Shown here in pieces: positions 61,201 through 64,000 of a stretch of DNA of 64,000 nt (positions are counted from its first letter, which is position 1; the number at the start of each line of letters is the position of its first letter). Position numbers and translations under genes: made by a program. The stretch comes from Glaucostegus cemiculus (taxonomy: Eukaryota). The DNA is taken from assembly GCA_976551045.1 (NCBI GenBank), contig CDPCPM010000285.1, forward strand, positions 558,001 through 622,000, in the 5' to 3' direction. The notes under the pieces are model-generated. The model was not told the DNA's origin. It saw only the letters and a program-made list of their open reading frames with translations, and did not search any database.

Positions 61201-64000
61201 ACACTTACTAAATAACAATTACTAGAAATCAGAGTCCAGATCTGGCTCAGTCCCTTGCAGTAAGGTCCTGCAGATCAATGGGGCTCTGGCAATATATAAG
61301 GTCACATGGGTAAAACATGACAAATTTTTACCATCCCCCACCAATTACATTAGCATGGCAATTTTTTTAAGAAGGTAGTGAGACACGCACCCTATCATTT
61401 GGAAAAGATTGCTACCGCCAATGCTGCAATAAAATCCCCAATGATCTTATACCAGCAACATGCCTAAAGCAAGAGTTAGAAAAGTTCATTCTCACAACAA
61501 GACCTGAAGCAAACTGATAAATAAAACAACATGATGAATAAACTCTGGCCAGTTGTTTACTAGGAAGGTCACATCCCTTTGACATTTCATAACAGACTGC
61601 CTCAGTTTTGCTATGCTAACAATACCACATCTGGATTTCAGAGTCAAACTAAGCTGCACTAACTACAAATAATACGTTAAAAAAAAAATCGCCCAAGAAT
61701 ACACCTCCTTGCATGATCCTGTTCCACAGCATCATACACAATGAAAATGCGCATCAGTTCTGAACCAGTGGCACCACAAATAAATTCTGCTGCTTATGTT
61801 CTGCAATTTGCAAGCTTCTCCTAGTACTTTGTTATGATGATATTACCATAGAACAATACAGCACAATACATCATCATACCATTTGTGTTCTTCAGATTGA
61901 CAGTTATTTAAGTGACCAGACATGACGCCCATGGAGCTGCTCCTGTGTGGGCTTCTTGCCAATTGCAAGGCTGAGAATATGCAACCTGGTTCAACACAGG
62001 AGGGCTGTAACTAGGCTTGGCACAGCACAACAACAAACAAGCCAAACAAATGCAAATTTAAAGTTATAGTTTATGAAGGCAACTCAAAAACAATTGAAAT
62101 TTGGTGATAAATATACAATATTCTGGAAAAAGTAGAGTATAACAAGCATGGCTGCCAATTCTGGAAACAAACTGCATCGTTTCATGGTGCATACTAAACG
62201 ATGGTTCATCCAGTTTGTTCATTCTGCTGCTGGATTTTGGAAGGAAATGGTTAACTTTCCAGTACTAGTGTACAGCTTTCTAAGGCAAGTAGCACATTTA
62301 TTTATATGGAACATCTGCAGCTTTCAGACAACTGCCAAAGCACAAGTTAAAATAAACTGGTGAAAGGAAGCTGCCCAGTTCATGGAGAGGGCAGAAAGGA
62401 TATAGTGCAGCAAGTCCCTGACACTGCACACACAGGCAGAAAGAATCACCCGCAGCTGCCCGCTACAAATCTCCCCGCATCAGCAAAAGAAATGCTCCTT
62501 GCAACATTTCACTCTCATTTTAGCACCCATTATCTCTACTTTTCATACTCCTTGGGTTCATTCTCATGTCAAACCGACCTGTCTGGTTTGAGCATCTGCC
62601 CACTCACATTACTGCTCAAAAACACTGTTTTGCTCTGTTGAAATCTGATGTTAAAATATTTAATCATCATTTGAACTCGCATTTTGGGAGCATTGGGATG
62701 TTTTAAAAACATTTTATGGGTCAAAAGAAAAAGGCTGTGCCAACTTTGAAAATTTCCCATCAATTGTGCATAATTGTCAAGACCTGGAGATCTAAAGTTA
62801 CCCAATTTGAGGGAAAAAACACATCATATATTCCAATTTAAAAACCTGTAGTTTAATGCACAGGCATGATTTCACAGTAAAAGGTAAATTGCATTGTTTT
62901 TCCCCAACTTAAAAAGGTAGAAGGACACAAAAACAACAAAATTCATATCAAAATATTAATACATCCACCAACGTTTGAAGTTCCCACACTAGTCCCTGCT
63001 GCTTGGGATGTAGGTTTTATGCAAGGCGACACCAGTACAAGCCACATATGCACAATAATTACTTTCTATAGATGTTAAAGGATGTTCATTCAGCTTCACA
63101 AACTGCTTAAAAATACAAAAGGATCACTATCGGCTCAAATGTAGAGAAACTGAAATTTTGATGCACTGTTTTCCAACTTCCTAAAACATTTGGTGCACCA
63201 GGGGGCTGGAGTGTGTGTGGGGGGGGGGAAGCTGTAAGAAGAGGAGAGAATTCTGGAAAAGCAGCAGGACGCCATAGAGTACAGTGGAGAACGGCAATGC
63301 AATGCTGGCAAGGTGCTCTTCTCACTGTGAAACATAGTTCATATGGAAACTGTTCCATTGCAGTATTTCCACTCAAGTAGATTTGAGAGAGTCTGTACAT
63401 CTAAATCAAGCTGTGCGATTAGGAGGACATAGGTGTAAAAAAAAAGACTTTGCAACACGCTGTGAATTTGGCAATATAAGGACGTCAGCAACATGATGCA
63501 ATTGCGTGCCAAGAGCACAGGAATCAATAAAACTGGCTATGTTTTATAATTCCTTTGGATCTAGTGCATTGTTTGTTGAATAACTGTTCTTTGATCCAAT
63601 TATCTGCTCAAAGTTCTTCAAGTACAAATGTAGATCCTCTTCAACTGGTACTTTGATGCATTTTGTTATGTGACAAGCTACTGCAATGATTTGTCGTCTG
63701 ATTGAACAATGGCACATGGTTTTCTGGATAAATCCCTCTACAGGGTATGATATGCTACAGAGCAAGGGCTTAGCAAGGTATCAAATTCAACCACAATGAT
63801 ATACAGAGTAGTTTTTAAAAACTGCCTGGGGTGAAAGGAGATGGAAAGGTAGCCAGGATCCTGCCTCACTTACTTCTCAACTCCTCAGTTAGAACCACAC
63901 TTACCTATTTTCATCAGACAAGAACACATTGAGGGTCAGCTGTGAAAGCTCCAATAATAATTTACCGGCCCAAGTACTATTTTTGGGCCAATGAATAGCA

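Noticed and set aside
62377-62393. DR5-like AGTTCA-TGGAG-AGGGCA
   Set aside because: Second half-site is non-consensus and the element is isolated; expected by chance in 64 kb.
63860-63960. Further MYOF exon suggested by two minus-strand GTAAGT donors (63868-63873, 63899-63904)
   Set aside because: No frame matches the expected upstream myoferlin peptide (...WRDQL...YSLDEF); that exon presumably lies beyond the window.

Overview
Vertebrate genomic DNA, most likely from a cartilaginous fish judging by the repeats (V-SINE/HE1-like SINE, CR1 tails, Penelope-like elements). Two genes lie tail-to-tail. (1) A complete 7-exon CYP26A1 (retinoic-acid hydroxylase, + strand, CDS 123-4795, 494 aa, all introns GT-AG and phase 0). 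(2) The last nine coding exons of myoferlin MYOF (- strand, 58211 down to the stop at 6007; last C2 domain, transmembrane helix and NYLSMRIVNPI* tail), whose phases chain correctly. The two stop codons are only about 1.2 kb apart. MYOF introns are full of decayed retroelements (CR1, RTE, Tx1/L1, Rex1-like, Penelope-like with GIY-YIG remnants) and contain a perfect 6 x 68-bp minisatellite. The main unexplained signals are: a cluster of nine consensus RGKTCA half-sites in about 350 bp (a perfect DR5, DR2 and DR1) inside the 23-kb MYOF intron, a candidate long-range retinoic-acid enhancer for CYP26A1; minimal hammerhead ribozyme motifs in the Penelope terminal repeats, one intact and in MYOF-sense orientation; and an inverted pair of those repeats bracketing a frame-shifting MYOF exon. 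Everything was read by eye with no database searches; repeat boundaries and family names are approximate.
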